Part shown: in pieces, positions 56,401 to 64,000 of the stretch | Layout of the letters: the number at the start of each line of letters is the position of its first letter | How positions within the stretch are numbered: the stretch's first letter is position 1 | NCBI GenBank assembly: GCA_020636775.1 | Contig: JACJXF010000002.1 | Span: forward strand, 3,747 to 67,746 | Direction of reading: 5' to 3' | Origin: Bacteroidales bacterium | GTDB taxonomy: Bacteria > Bacteroidota > Bacteroidia > Bacteroidales > GCA-2748055 | Length of the DNA: 64,000 bases | The notes under the pieces: generated by a model | Database searches by the model: none | What the model was told of the DNA's origin: nothing | Seen by the model: only the letters and a program-made list of their open reading frames with translations | Translations under genes and position numbers: made by a program

Positions 56401-56882
56401 AAAAACTTAAGGAGCATTACCTTGAAATAAACAAGGGAATTGGCCTTCACAAGAACCCCAAGGATTACGGGGCATTTACAACCGATCCCTATTCTCATAC
56501 GCCCTCCATGATGGGTGTGCAGCAACCTGGAATGACCGGACAGGTTAAGGAGGATATCCTGAGTCGCTGGATTGAACTGGGATTATGGATTGATGAAGGG
56601 AAAGTGAGAATACAGCCTGCTTTGCTCAGAAAAGACGAATTCATTAATCCTGCCGAAAAGGGCAAGGGTCTTCCCAGTTTAAAATTCAGCTTTTGCGGTA
56701 CAGCCTTTGAGTACCTGCTAACTGAAAAGGACGAAGTAATAATACAGTATAAAAACGGGAAAACGGAAAGTTCTTCGGGACTGGAGATTGGTTCTGAGGA
56801 TTTAAGGAATATTGCTGCACGTAATAAGATTATTTCTGGCGTGCAGGTTGGCATTTCCGCCAAACATTTTGACAGGGTTTAA
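53454..56882 (+). CDS. large cytoplasmic GH94/GH149/GH161-like glycoside phosphorylase candidate (beta-1,3-glucan phosphorylase-like)
   Basis: The 1142-aa protein has no signal peptide. RPDWNDANNAL resembles the catalytic-Asp DWND motif of clan GH-Q phosphorylases. It is flanked by beta-glucanase and sugar-transporter genes. The family is not verified. Confidence 0.45.
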   Translation: MEKAQIFLGKTAMKEASGEISPEIVRLWDEDFYCIRNFDRMPPFFMSIVSNSDHWMYISSRGGLTAGRINPDNALFPYYTDDKIHDSSENTGSRTLVLCAGKEDRHYLWEPFSSTYKGVYSLSRNLYKNIPGNKIIFEEINHDLNLSFRYAWMNSDKYGWVRKSEIINNSEENQHVQVLDGLLNMLPYGILRQTQANFSTLMDAYKKSELVKESGLALLRMSSIPVDRAEPSEALRATSVFTLGLKNPAILLSSSQIDDFREGKTLMEETSKRGIRCDFLLNFKLDLTKGKNAEWIIVAETRQDASDIRSLIKELKNPEKVYRDILEDVERGSENLREIVSKGDGLQECADRLVSGRHFSNVLFNIMRGGFFSEAYSIDVSDFHLHMLQWNTEQAKKHEGWIKSLGEKTDYQVLLQKAKESGDENLQRLVLEYLPISFSRRHGDPSRPWNIFSINLKNQDGSPALYYQGNWRDIFQNWEALAMSYPLFVKSFITKFLNASTADGYNPYRISREGIDWEVHDPSDPWSNIGYWGDHQIIYLLKLLELSEKFFPGELKKWFNDEIFVYANVPYRIKAFEQVLKNPQDSIIFDEELHAKLLEKAKSLGADGKLLCLDNGNLYRVNLVEKLFASILSKLSNFIPGGGIWMNTQRPDWNDANNALTGFGISMVSLYHLRRHLEFLLKLFATEKNTEYAVSAEMNDFLKEINTCFVNFSKHLGGGIDDSRRKEITYQLGTAGSLFREKVYKGLSSRKSPLKNSEILDFLKLSLEFIDDTITSNKRSDGLFHSYNLLSVKEDKIVIRNLYEMLEGQVSCLGSGYLSPEKSLDLLDALRKSKMYRKDQNSYTLYPDRELPLFLEKNNIPEARLRNTPALKKLLDKNITEIVQKDIDGNIHFNAGFNNASVLKSALISIKSKSGLNDKEEQEILDLYEEVFDHQTFTGRSGTFYKYEGLGCIYWHMVSKLLLSTGEVIQKAISGGAKESTIKKLKEHYLEINKGIGLHKNPKDYGAFTTDPYSHTPSMMGVQQPGMTGQVKEDILSRWIELGLWIDEGKVRIQPALLRKDEFINPAEKGKGLPSLKFSFCGTAFEYLLTEKDEVIIQYKNGKTESSSGLEIGSEDLRNIAARNKIISGVQVGISAKHFDRV

Positions 56883-56934
56883 AAATGATTTAAAAGCCTG
56901 CCTGAAAATTTTACTTTTGCTTCAATTCAAAACC

Positions 56935-58557
56935 ATGAAAAGAAAATATTTTTTTCTCTTACTGATGATTTCCGGACTACTGTTTGCCTCATGCAGTAAG
57001 CCTGCCGGGGAATTTAAGACGATTAGCTCTGATCAGCTCAGGGATAAAATTTTAGGGGGCTGGGCCGGTAAAATGATTGGTGTTACCTACGGAGCCCCTA
57101 CGGAATTTCATGCCCTTAACAAAACTTTTGACGACTCCATCAAATGGAAACCTTCCGATTCCTGGCAAAGTATGTGGCAGGATGACATTTATGTGCAGCT
57201 TACCTTTTTGGAAACCATGGATCAGTATGGGATTGATGCTCCAGCGAAATTATTTCAGGAAAAGTTTGCCAGGGCGGGTTACCAACTGTGGCATGCCAAT
57301 ATGCAGACCCGTAAAAACTATTACGACAGCATTTTCCCTCCGGAATCGGGCAGTCCTGAATACAGCATGCATTCGGATGATATAGATTTCCAGATAGAGG
57401 CCGATTATATCGGATTCATGTGCCCCGGAATGCCGCAGACCATTGCTGAAATTTCGGAAAAGATCGGGCATATCATGAATTACGGGGATGGTGTGTACGG
57501 AGGTATTTTTGTCGGAGCCCTCTATGCCGAAGCCTATTTTGAAAGCGATATAATGAAAGTTATTCAGAAGGCCCTGCTTTCTTTGCCGGCTAAATGCGAT
57601 TACTATAAGATTGTGAAGGATGTAATCCTGCTGCATGAACATTATCCCGCAGACTGGAGATCTGCCTGGAAAGAACTGAATGATAAGTGGGGACAGGAGG
57701 ATATTTGTGGTGTCGGCTCCGATTTTAATATTGATGCCAAGTTAAACGGAGCTTTTATTGTAATGGGATTACTTTACGGTAACGGAGATCCTCTGACTAC
57801 TCTGGAAATAACTGCCCGCTGCGGACAGGATTCCGACTGTAATCCGTCAAATGCAATGGCATTGCTCGGGGTGATAAAGGGTTTTAGTGCTTTGCCCAAA
57901 GACATGCAGGACGGAGTTATGTCGGCCAGCGATTCCACATTTGTATTTACTTCCTATAATTTAAACAGCGCTGTAGCCAGTACTTACAAGTATGCTACTG
58001 AACTTATCGTCAAAAACGGGGGAAAAGCAGAAGGGGACGAAATAACTGTCAAAATCCAGGAACCTCAGGCTCCGGCACTGGAGGTTTCATACCCCGACCT
58101 GGTTTTGGATAAGGTCATAACAGTATTCGATAAGGGGGGCTTTAGCTTTAAGGGTGACTGGAATCCCATTGAAAAGCTAATGTGGCCTGAAAATGTTTTC
58201 GGAAAGCAGGCATTGTTTTCGGGCAAGGCCGGGGATGAGATGGAACTTGAGTTTGAAGGAACGGGTATATCGCTTGAAGGCAACTGGGTTAAAGATGGGG
58301 GAAAAGCAGATGTATATGTTGACGGTGTTTTGAATCGCAGTATCGACACTTACTATTTTTACGCCCAGCAGGAGCACATTACAAGCATCTGGCATGTTCT
58401 GAATCTGGAACCCGGAATCCATCATTTGCGGCTTGTTGTGAAAGGCGAAAAAAGACCTGAATCAGAGGGAAGCAATGTATATCTGGCAAAAGCCTATATT
58501 TTTAAGACCGCTCCGAAGAAAAGTGCCGGCTATAAATTCTCTTTTCAGGAATCATGA
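56935..58557 (+). CDS. ADP-ribosylglycohydrolase-fold lipoprotein with a C-terminal beta-sandwich domain
   Basis: I moved the start to the ATG at 56935 and found the lipobox LLFASC. The ARH-type motifs are DKILGGWAGKMIGVTYGAPTEF and GQDSDCNPSNAMALLG. The last ~150 aa are beta-rich (DGGKADVYVDG...HHLRLVV). Confidence 0.6.
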   Translation: MKRKYFFLLLMISGLLFASCSKPAGEFKTISSDQLRDKILGGWAGKMIGVTYGAPTEFHALNKTFDDSIKWKPSDSWQSMWQDDIYVQLTFLETMDQYGIDAPAKLFQEKFARAGYQLWHANMQTRKNYYDSIFPPESGSPEYSMHSDDIDFQIEADYIGFMCPGMPQTIAEISEKIGHIMNYGDGVYGGIFVGALYAEAYFESDIMKVIQKALLSLPAKCDYYKIVKDVILLHEHYPADWRSAWKELNDKWGQEDICGVGSDFNIDAKLNGAFIVMGLLYGNGDPLTTLEITARCGQDSDCNPSNAMALLGVIKGFSALPKDMQDGVMSASDSTFVFTSYNLNSAVASTYKYATELIVKNGGKAEGDEITVKIQEPQAPALEVSYPDLVLDKVITVFDKGGFSFKGDWNPIEKLMWPENVFGKQALFSGKAGDEMELEFEGTGISLEGNWVKDGGKADVYVDGVLNRSIDTYYFYAQQEHITSIWHVLNLEPGIHHLRLVVKGEKRPESEGSNVYLAKAYIFKTAPKKSAGYKFSFQES

Positions 58558-58603
58558 AGATATCATTAGTTAAACCAAATATTAACATTTAATTTTTAAA
58601 GAC

Positions 58604-59602
58604 ATGTTTATTCCTCAAACCTACTCTCTGGCAATTATATTATGTGTTGTTACAATGCTTTGCTGGGGATCCTGGGGGAACACCCAGAAGCTTGCCGGAA
58701 AATCCTGGCGTTTTGAATTATTCTATTGGGATTATGTAATAGGTATACTACTCTTCTCAGTGTTGCTCGGATTTACCCTTGGAAGTTCAGGTGAGCATGG
58801 AAGGGGATTTTTGGCTGATATCCGCCAGGCTGAGACGGGCAATATCGTGAATGCCATTATTGGAGGAGTCATATTTAATGCCTCCAATATTCTGCTGGTC
58901 GCAGCCATGGCCATTGCCGGAATGGCCGTAGCTTTCCCGGTGGGAGTAGGTATCGCGCTGGCCCTGGGTGTTATTGTTAACTATGTCTTTGCCCCCCAGG
59001 GAAATGCCACATGGCTTTTCGGGGGAGTTGCCCTTATCGTCGCCGCTATTATTATTGATGCCATTGCTTATAAAAAGCACAGCGCATCTCAGAAAAAAGT
59101 GTCGGGCAAAGGAATACTTTTATCCGTTGGTGCCGGAATCCTTATGTCATTATTTTATCGCTTTGTAGCCAGCTCTATGTCCGGCAATTTCGAAGTTCCG
59201 GAAGCCGGTAAACTGACTCCATACTCAGCAATTTTCTTTTTCGCTATCGGGGTGCTGGTCAGCAATTTCCTTTTTAATTATATCATTATGAAGAAACCTT
59301 TCGAAGGAGGACCGGTTTCTTTCAGCGACTATGCAAAAGGAAGTCTGGGAGTTCATTTAACAGGTATCCTGGGAGGAGTAATCTGGAATCTTGGAATGTC
59401 GATGAGTATTATTGCATCCGGCAAAGCGGGATTTGCCATCTCTTACGGTTTAGGTCAGGGAGCAACACTCATTGCTGCACTCTGGGGAGTTTTTATCTGG
59501 AAGGAATTTAAAGGAGCATCCAGATCAGTGAACATGCTGATCTTTTATATGTTTATGGCTTATCTTGCCGGCCTGGCACTGCTTGTTTATGCGGGAGCAT
59601 AG
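58604..59602 (+). CDS. 10-TM DMT-superfamily transporter, GRP/RhaT-type sugar transporter candidate
   Basis: The protein is polytopic and 332 aa long. CWGSWGNTQK near the N-terminus resembles GRP-family sugar uptake proteins. The substrate is unknown. Confidence 0.45.
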   Translation: MFIPQTYSLAIILCVVTMLCWGSWGNTQKLAGKSWRFELFYWDYVIGILLFSVLLGFTLGSSGEHGRGFLADIRQAETGNIVNAIIGGVIFNASNILLVAAMAIAGMAVAFPVGVGIALALGVIVNYVFAPQGNATWLFGGVALIVAAIIIDAIAYKKHSASQKKVSGKGILLSVGAGILMSLFYRFVASSMSGNFEVPEAGKLTPYSAIFFFAIGVLVSNFLFNYIIMKKPFEGGPVSFSDYAKGSLGVHLTGILGGVIWNLGMSMSIIASGKAGFAISYGLGQGATLIAALWGVFIWKEFKGASRSVNMLIFYMFMAYLAGLALLVYAGA

Positions 59603-59632
59603 ATAATAAGAGGAAAGGAACGGAAAAGAAAA

Positions 59633-59670
59633 CTGCTTCATTTGAGCCTTTTGTGTTTCAAATGGAGCAG
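59633..59670 (+). terminator. hairpin downstream of the transporter gene (possible terminator)
   Basis: CTGCTTCATTTGA ... TCAAATGGAGCAG forms a 13-bp stem with one mismatch. Only a weak T-tract follows. Confidence 0.35.
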
Positions 59671-59841
59671 GTCATTTTATGGCATTATTCTAAGTGACTT
59701 CCCGCCATGAAAGGAGATTACTGTTTTTCAGGGCTGTTGAATTTGCCTCCCCCGAAACCATAAAACAAGCATTTTTGGTTTTGCCATGATGTCATTAAAT
59801 CCTACTTTTACAGATTCTCAGTGATAATAAAATATTTCTCA

Positions 59842-62800
59842 ATGAAAAAATTCTGGATTATAAGTTTGCTTGCAACGGTTTCTTTCTTTGGCTTCTCACA
59901 AAACAAAGCCACACATCATGTTATAAATGTTCAGGTCAATCCCTCCACCTCTCATATTACTGTGACAGATTCCATTTTTACATCCGGAAAGTCAGAATTG
60001 GTTATGAGTCTGAATGCCTCATTTAAGGTTACTTCTTTTTCAAAAAATGCAAAGGCTGAAAAGATTTCCGGAACCATAAATGCAAAAGATGTTGGTATGG
60101 ACAGGGACGAAAACAGCGGGGAGGTGAAACTCAATAAGTGGAAGATAAAGCTGAAAAAATCTGCAGATTTTTTTGTTGTTAAGTACGAAGGAGATATAGT
60201 GTCCGGCTTCTCAACAAGTGAGGAGGACTATGCGCGTGGCTTCAGTGAAACAGCCGGCATAATAAGCGACTCAGGAGTATATCTTGCCGGATCAAGTCAC
60301 TGGATTCCTGTATTTGATGAAGAGCCCCTAAGCTTTTCACTGACAAGCTCATTACCGGAAGGCTGGAAAACAGTGTCACAGGGTAAACGAACCTCTGAAT
60401 TTGTTTCCGGAGGAAAACATTTTGATACCTGGATTTGTGATACCCCGCAGGAAGAAGCCTTTCTTATAGCCGCCCGGTTCACTGAATACTCATTCAAAAT
60501 GAATTCCGGCATTGATGCCATGGCTTTTCTGCGGACCCCCGATGAAGGTCTGGCAAATAAATATCTGGAGGTGACCGAGCAATACATGGACATGTACCAG
60601 AAAATGATAGGTCCTTATCCCTATACAAAATTTGCACTGGTCGAAAACTTCTGGGAAACCGGTTATGGCATGCCTTCATTTACTTTACTGGGAGAGAAGA
60701 TTATCCGTTTCCCATTCATTTTACACTCCTCATATCCGCATGAATTGCTTCATAACTGGTGGGGAAACAGCGTATATGTTGATTTTGATAAAGGAAACTG
60801 GTGCGAAGGGATTACTGCTTATGAAGCCGATCATCTGATCAGTGAGCAACGCGGACAGGGGGAGGAATACCGCCGGTCAACCTTGCAGAAATTTACAGAT
60901 GTCGTTACTGAAGCCAATGATTTTCCGCTTAGCAGCTTTATCTCGCGGACAAATGCAGAAAGTGAAGCAATTGGTTATGGAAAATCCATGATGATGTGGC
61001 ATATGCTCCGGAGAAAACTCGGAGATGAGAATTTCAAAAAAGGCTTCTCACTGTTTTATGAAAATTTCAAATTCAAAAAAGCTTCCTTTGATGATATACG
61101 CTCATCCATGGAAAAGGCTTCCGGTACTGACCTTCAGACTTTTTTTAATCAGTGGGTTATGAGGACCGGAGCTCCGGAAATTGAAATCAAAGATGTAAAA
61201 ACTGAAAAAACTCAGGAGGGTTATAAATTACTGCTGACTCTTGCTCAGATTCAGTCATCTGAGGCATTTGATGTTGATATACCCCTGGTGGTTTCAAGCG
61301 GGAAAGGACTCAGGAATTTTGTGGTGAACATGAATAAAAAAACACAGGAATTCAGCTTAAGTCTTAGCGATGAACCATTAAAGCTTGAAGTTGATCCTCA
61401 GTATGATGTTTTCAGAAAGCTCGATCCAATGGAGGTGCCTCCGGGTTGGACCAAAATCCTGGCAAGTGAAGAGAACCTGGTGATTTTGCCGTCAAAAGCT
61501 GATGCAGCAACAAAGGAACTTTATACTGAGTTTTTCGAACAGTGGAAAGCGGTTGACAAGGACCATTTTGATATTGTTTTTGATAATGAGGTATCCCGGA
61601 TACCCGCAGATAAAACTGTTTGGATTATTGGTTTTGAAAATAAATTCGTTCCTCAGCTTAATGAGTCTCTGATAAATTATCAGTCTTCCATATCAAAGGA
61701 TTCGGTAATCTTTCAAAACAATGCCACGGCAAAAGAAAATCACAGCTTCGTTTTCACTCTTTTTAATCCGGGAAACAGTAACTACAGCATGGCTTTCATC
61801 GCCTTTGACAATAAAAATGCCATTGATGGACTGATCAGGAAACTTCCTCATTACGGCAAATACAGTTACCTCGGTTTCGAGGGAGATGAACCTGTAAATG
61901 TTGATAAAGGTCAATGGCCGGTATTCAACTCTCCTCTGGTGAAAGTTTTGAGTGACAAAAAGATTATTGATGCAAGTCCCGAAAAGAGAGAAGCCCTTGC
62001 CATGTTAGCTCCTGTTTTTTCAGAGCAAAGAATGATGGCACACATAACTTATCTTGCATCAGATGAACTGAAGGGACGCGGATTAGGAACTCCTGAACTG
62101 GATTCTGCGGCAGATTACATTGCAGGAAAGTTTAAGGAATATGGTCTGGAAACAATGGGAGACTCCTATTTTCAGAGTTTTACTCATACCTTTCCTGATA
62201 AGGGAGAGATGCAATTAAAAAACGTCGTGGCAATTATCCCCGGAAGTGATTCGAATCTAAAGGATTCACCCGTAGTTATATCTGCACATTACGACCATCT
62301 GGGACTTGGCTGGCCCGATGTACATAAAGGGGAGGAAGGAAAGATTCATCATGGTGCCGACGACAATGCAAGCGGTGTGGCGGTAATGCTTGAGGTTGCA
62401 AAGTCAATGGCTGCGACGGTAAAACCTAAAAGGACAATAATATTTGTTGCTTTTACCGGAGAAGAGGCCGGATTAATCGGATCTCGCTACTTTATAAGCC
62501 AGATTAAAAAGTACTATTCAGGAGAGATTCTGGCTGATGTGAACCTTGATACAGATGGCAGTCTGTTCGACAAAAAACTGCTGGTTCTGAATGGAAATTC
62601 TGCCAAAGAATGGAAATTCGTTTTCATGGGAACCGATTATACCACCGGTGTTAAAAGCGAAGTGGTGCAGCAGGAACTCGATGCCAGTGATCAGGTAGCC
62701 TTTATTGAGAAAGGAATACCGGCAGTACAATTGTTTACTGGTGCAACTGAAAATTATCACCGTCCTTCCGACAGCTTTGATAAAATTGATGGAAAAGGAC

Positions 62801-63189
62801 TGGTAAAAGTGGCTACTGTGGCTAAGGAAGTTATGGTTTACCTTGGCGATCGCGATACACCTTTCGAATTTACCGGTAGCACCACAAAAACAAGTCCTGA
62901 AGATCCGAATAAGCCAAAAGCCAGCCGGAAGGCTTCAACCGGCTCTGTCCCGGATTTTGCATATACCGGAACCGGGGTTAGGATAGCTTCGGTTGTTGCC
63001 GGTTCAGTCGGTGAGAAGGCAGGTTTGCTCGAAAACGATATCATTACTGAAGTGAATGGAAAGGATGTGCCTACCTTGATGGACTATTCGAATGAGCTAA
63101 AGACCTTTCAGCCCGGAGATGTGGTGAAATTGAAAATATTGAGGGACGGAAAGGAAAAGATCATTTCCATCACACTGGGTGAGAGATAG
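59842..63189 (+). CDS. exported three-domain peptidase: M1-like gluzincin, M28 aminopeptidase-like domain and C-terminal PDZ
   Basis: I moved the start to the ATG at 59842 and found a signal peptide. HELLHNWWGN...CEG is the HExxH plus downstream Glu. The M28 ligand motifs are ISAHYDHLG, GADDNASG, FTGEEAGLIGS, DVNLD and NYHRPSD. The PDZ reads GVRIASVVAGSVGEKAGLLENDIITEVNG. Confidence 0.75.
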   Translation: MKKFWIISLLATVSFFGFSQNKATHHVINVQVNPSTSHITVTDSIFTSGKSELVMSLNASFKVTSFSKNAKAEKISGTINAKDVGMDRDENSGEVKLNKWKIKLKKSADFFVVKYEGDIVSGFSTSEEDYARGFSETAGIISDSGVYLAGSSHWIPVFDEEPLSFSLTSSLPEGWKTVSQGKRTSEFVSGGKHFDTWICDTPQEEAFLIAARFTEYSFKMNSGIDAMAFLRTPDEGLANKYLEVTEQYMDMYQKMIGPYPYTKFALVENFWETGYGMPSFTLLGEKIIRFPFILHSSYPHELLHNWWGNSVYVDFDKGNWCEGITAYEADHLISEQRGQGEEYRRSTLQKFTDVVTEANDFPLSSFISRTNAESEAIGYGKSMMMWHMLRRKLGDENFKKGFSLFYENFKFKKASFDDIRSSMEKASGTDLQTFFNQWVMRTGAPEIEIKDVKTEKTQEGYKLLLTLAQIQSSEAFDVDIPLVVSSGKGLRNFVVNMNKKTQEFSLSLSDEPLKLEVDPQYDVFRKLDPMEVPPGWTKILASEENLVILPSKADAATKELYTEFFEQWKAVDKDHFDIVFDNEVSRIPADKTVWIIGFENKFVPQLNESLINYQSSISKDSVIFQNNATAKENHSFVFTLFNPGNSNYSMAFIAFDNKNAIDGLIRKLPHYGKYSYLGFEGDEPVNVDKGQWPVFNSPLVKVLSDKKIIDASPEKREALAMLAPVFSEQRMMAHITYLASDELKGRGLGTPELDSAADYIAGKFKEYGLETMGDSYFQSFTHTFPDKGEMQLKNVVAIIPGSDSNLKDSPVVISAHYDHLGLGWPDVHKGEEGKIHHGADDNASGVAVMLEVAKSMAATVKPKRTIIFVAFTGEEAGLIGSRYFISQIKKYYSGEILADVNLDTDGSLFDKKLLVLNGNSAKEWKFVFMGTDYTTGVKSEVVQQELDASDQVAFIEKGIPAVQLFTGATENYHRPSDSFDKIDGKGLVKVATVAKEVMVYLGDRDTPFEFTGSTTKTSPEDPNKPKASRKASTGSVPDFAYTGTGVRIASVVAGSVGEKAGLLENDIITEVNGKDVPTLMDYSNELKTFQPGDVVKLKILRDGKEKIISITLGER

Positions 63190-63274
63190 CCCGGAACCGT
63201 ATTTTTTTATCGGGTAAGAAGGCTTAACAATGCCCATCGAAAATTTCAGGATTCAATTTAAGCCGGTTCTTCCA

Positions 63275-64000
63275 TTAAATAACCTTTAGCTCTTTACCCA
63301 CTTTGGTGAATGCTGCTATGGCCTTATTCAGGTGTTCACGGGTATGGGCAGCCGAGAGCTGAACCCTTATTCGGGCCTGTCCCTTGGGCACAACAGGGAA
63401 ATAGAAACCGATTACGTAAATGCCTTCCTTGAGCAGACTTGCCGCGAAATCCTGGGAGAGTTTGGCATCATACAACATCACTGCGCAGATGGCTGATTTG
63501 GTTGGTTTTATGTCGAATCCCGCTTTTTGCATGGCCGCAACAAAATATTCGGTATTTTCATGAAGACGATCCTGCAATTCCGCAGTCTCATTCATCATGT
63601 CGAACATTTTAATTCCTGCATTCACCACCACGGGAGGGATGGAATTTGAAAACAGGTATGGGCGTGAGCGCTGACGCAGCAATTCAATAATTTCTTTCCT
63701 TCCGGTTGTGAACCCGCCAATGGCTCCGCCGAAGGCTTTTCCCAGGGTACCCGTAATGATATCCACCTTTCCCCTGATATTATAAAGTTCTGTTACTCCA
63801 CGACCTGTTTTTCCTACAACCCCTGCAGAATGACATTCATCAACCATCACCATGGCATCGTATTTTTCGGCCAGCTTCACAATCTCATCAACGGGTGGCA
63901 CATGTCCATCCATTGAAAATACTCCATCGGTTACAATTAACCGAAAGCGCTGATCCTGAGCAAGCTTCAACTGGGCTTCAAGATCCTCCATATTGGCGGT
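63275..64000 (-). CDS. kbl: glycine C-acetyltransferase / 2-amino-3-ketobutyrate CoA ligase (5' end outside the window)
   Basis: DGVFSMDG, MVDECHSAG and the PLP-lysine region TGTLGKAFGG are present. The reading frame stays open to position 64000. Confidence 0.8.
   Translation of the reverse strand, partial: TANMEDLEAQLKLAQDQRFRLIVTDGVFSMDGHVPPVDEIVKLAEKYDAMVMVDECHSAGVVGKTGRGVTELYNIRGKVDIITGTLGKAFGGAIGGFTTGRKEIIELLRQRSRPYLFSNSIPPVVVNAGIKMFDMMNETAELQDRLHENTEYFVAAMQKAGFDIKPTKSAICAVMLYDAKLSQDFAASLLKEGIYVIGFYFPVVPKGQARIRVQLSAAHTREHLNKAIAAFTKVGKELKVI

Noticed and set aside
63190-63274. Possible bidirectional terminator between the M1-M28-PDZ gene and kbl
   Set aside because: Only a 4-bp complementary pair (CCCG/CGGG) flanks a T-run, which is too weak to call.
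1-64000. tRNA, rRNA, tmRNA genes, transposases, integrases, or toxin-antitoxin and classical defence systems (RM, CBASS, Abi and similar)
   Set aside because: I scanned all intergenic gaps longer than 60 bp by eye for tRNA-like cloverleaf ends and found none. No translated ORF showed recombinase, transposase, nuclease-helicase or methyltransferase defence signatures. The only candidates are the small GxxExxY and YraN nuclease-fold proteins.

Overview
This window looks like a chromosomal segment of a Bacteroidota genome. The evidence is the TAnnTTTG -7 promoter boxes, GldH, PorW/SprE and PorX, a T9SS C-terminal sorting domain, and the conserved panC / GT5-like / DUF4270 / glmS arrangement. Genes are tightly packed. 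I support about 54 CDS and found no tRNA, rRNA, CRISPR array, integrase or transposase.

Gene content, in order:
- 1-16.1 kb: core metabolism and envelope genes. These include panC, glmS, a six-gene nucleotide-sugar block (rfbB, galE, and wbpA/B/D/E-like genes), a SPOR protein, metG, ldcA and yraN.
- 16.1-24.6 kb: a visibly AT-richer accessory stretch of small enzymes and exported proteins. It begins with an unusual amidohydrolase-Omp85 beta-barrel fusion.
- 24.6-47.9 kb: housekeeping genes mixed with gliding/T9SS genes. These include DUF47-PiT, pgk, holB, PSP1/ricT, gldH, trmB, mrp, nifU, porW/sprE, porX, tsaE, ald, plsC, waaA and a class II ribonucleotide reductase.
- 48.3-59.6 kb: a beta-1,3-glucan-type utilisation cluster with no SusC/SusD pair. 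It has a GH16 enzyme with CBM6 and a T9SS CTD, an MFS sugar porter, a clan GH-A lipoprotein, an 1142-aa cytoplasmic GH94/GH149-like enzyme, an ADP-ribosylglycohydrolase-fold lipoprotein and a DMT-type transporter.
- 59.8-64 kb: a three-domain M1-M28-PDZ exported peptidase, then kbl, which is cut by the window edge.

Non-coding structure worth noting:
- Five near-perfect head-to-tail copies of a 31-bp unit lie between the nrdJ terminator and the GH16 gene.
- A roughly 55-bp structured repeat occurs three times. Two copies form inverted flanks around a small GxxExxY (PD-(D/E)XK-like) gene, and one copy is solo.
- Short 9-bp and 14-bp periodic repeats lie in the metG/ldcA divergent region.

All functional calls rest on motifs I read in the translations and on recalled family knowledge. 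No database search was run.
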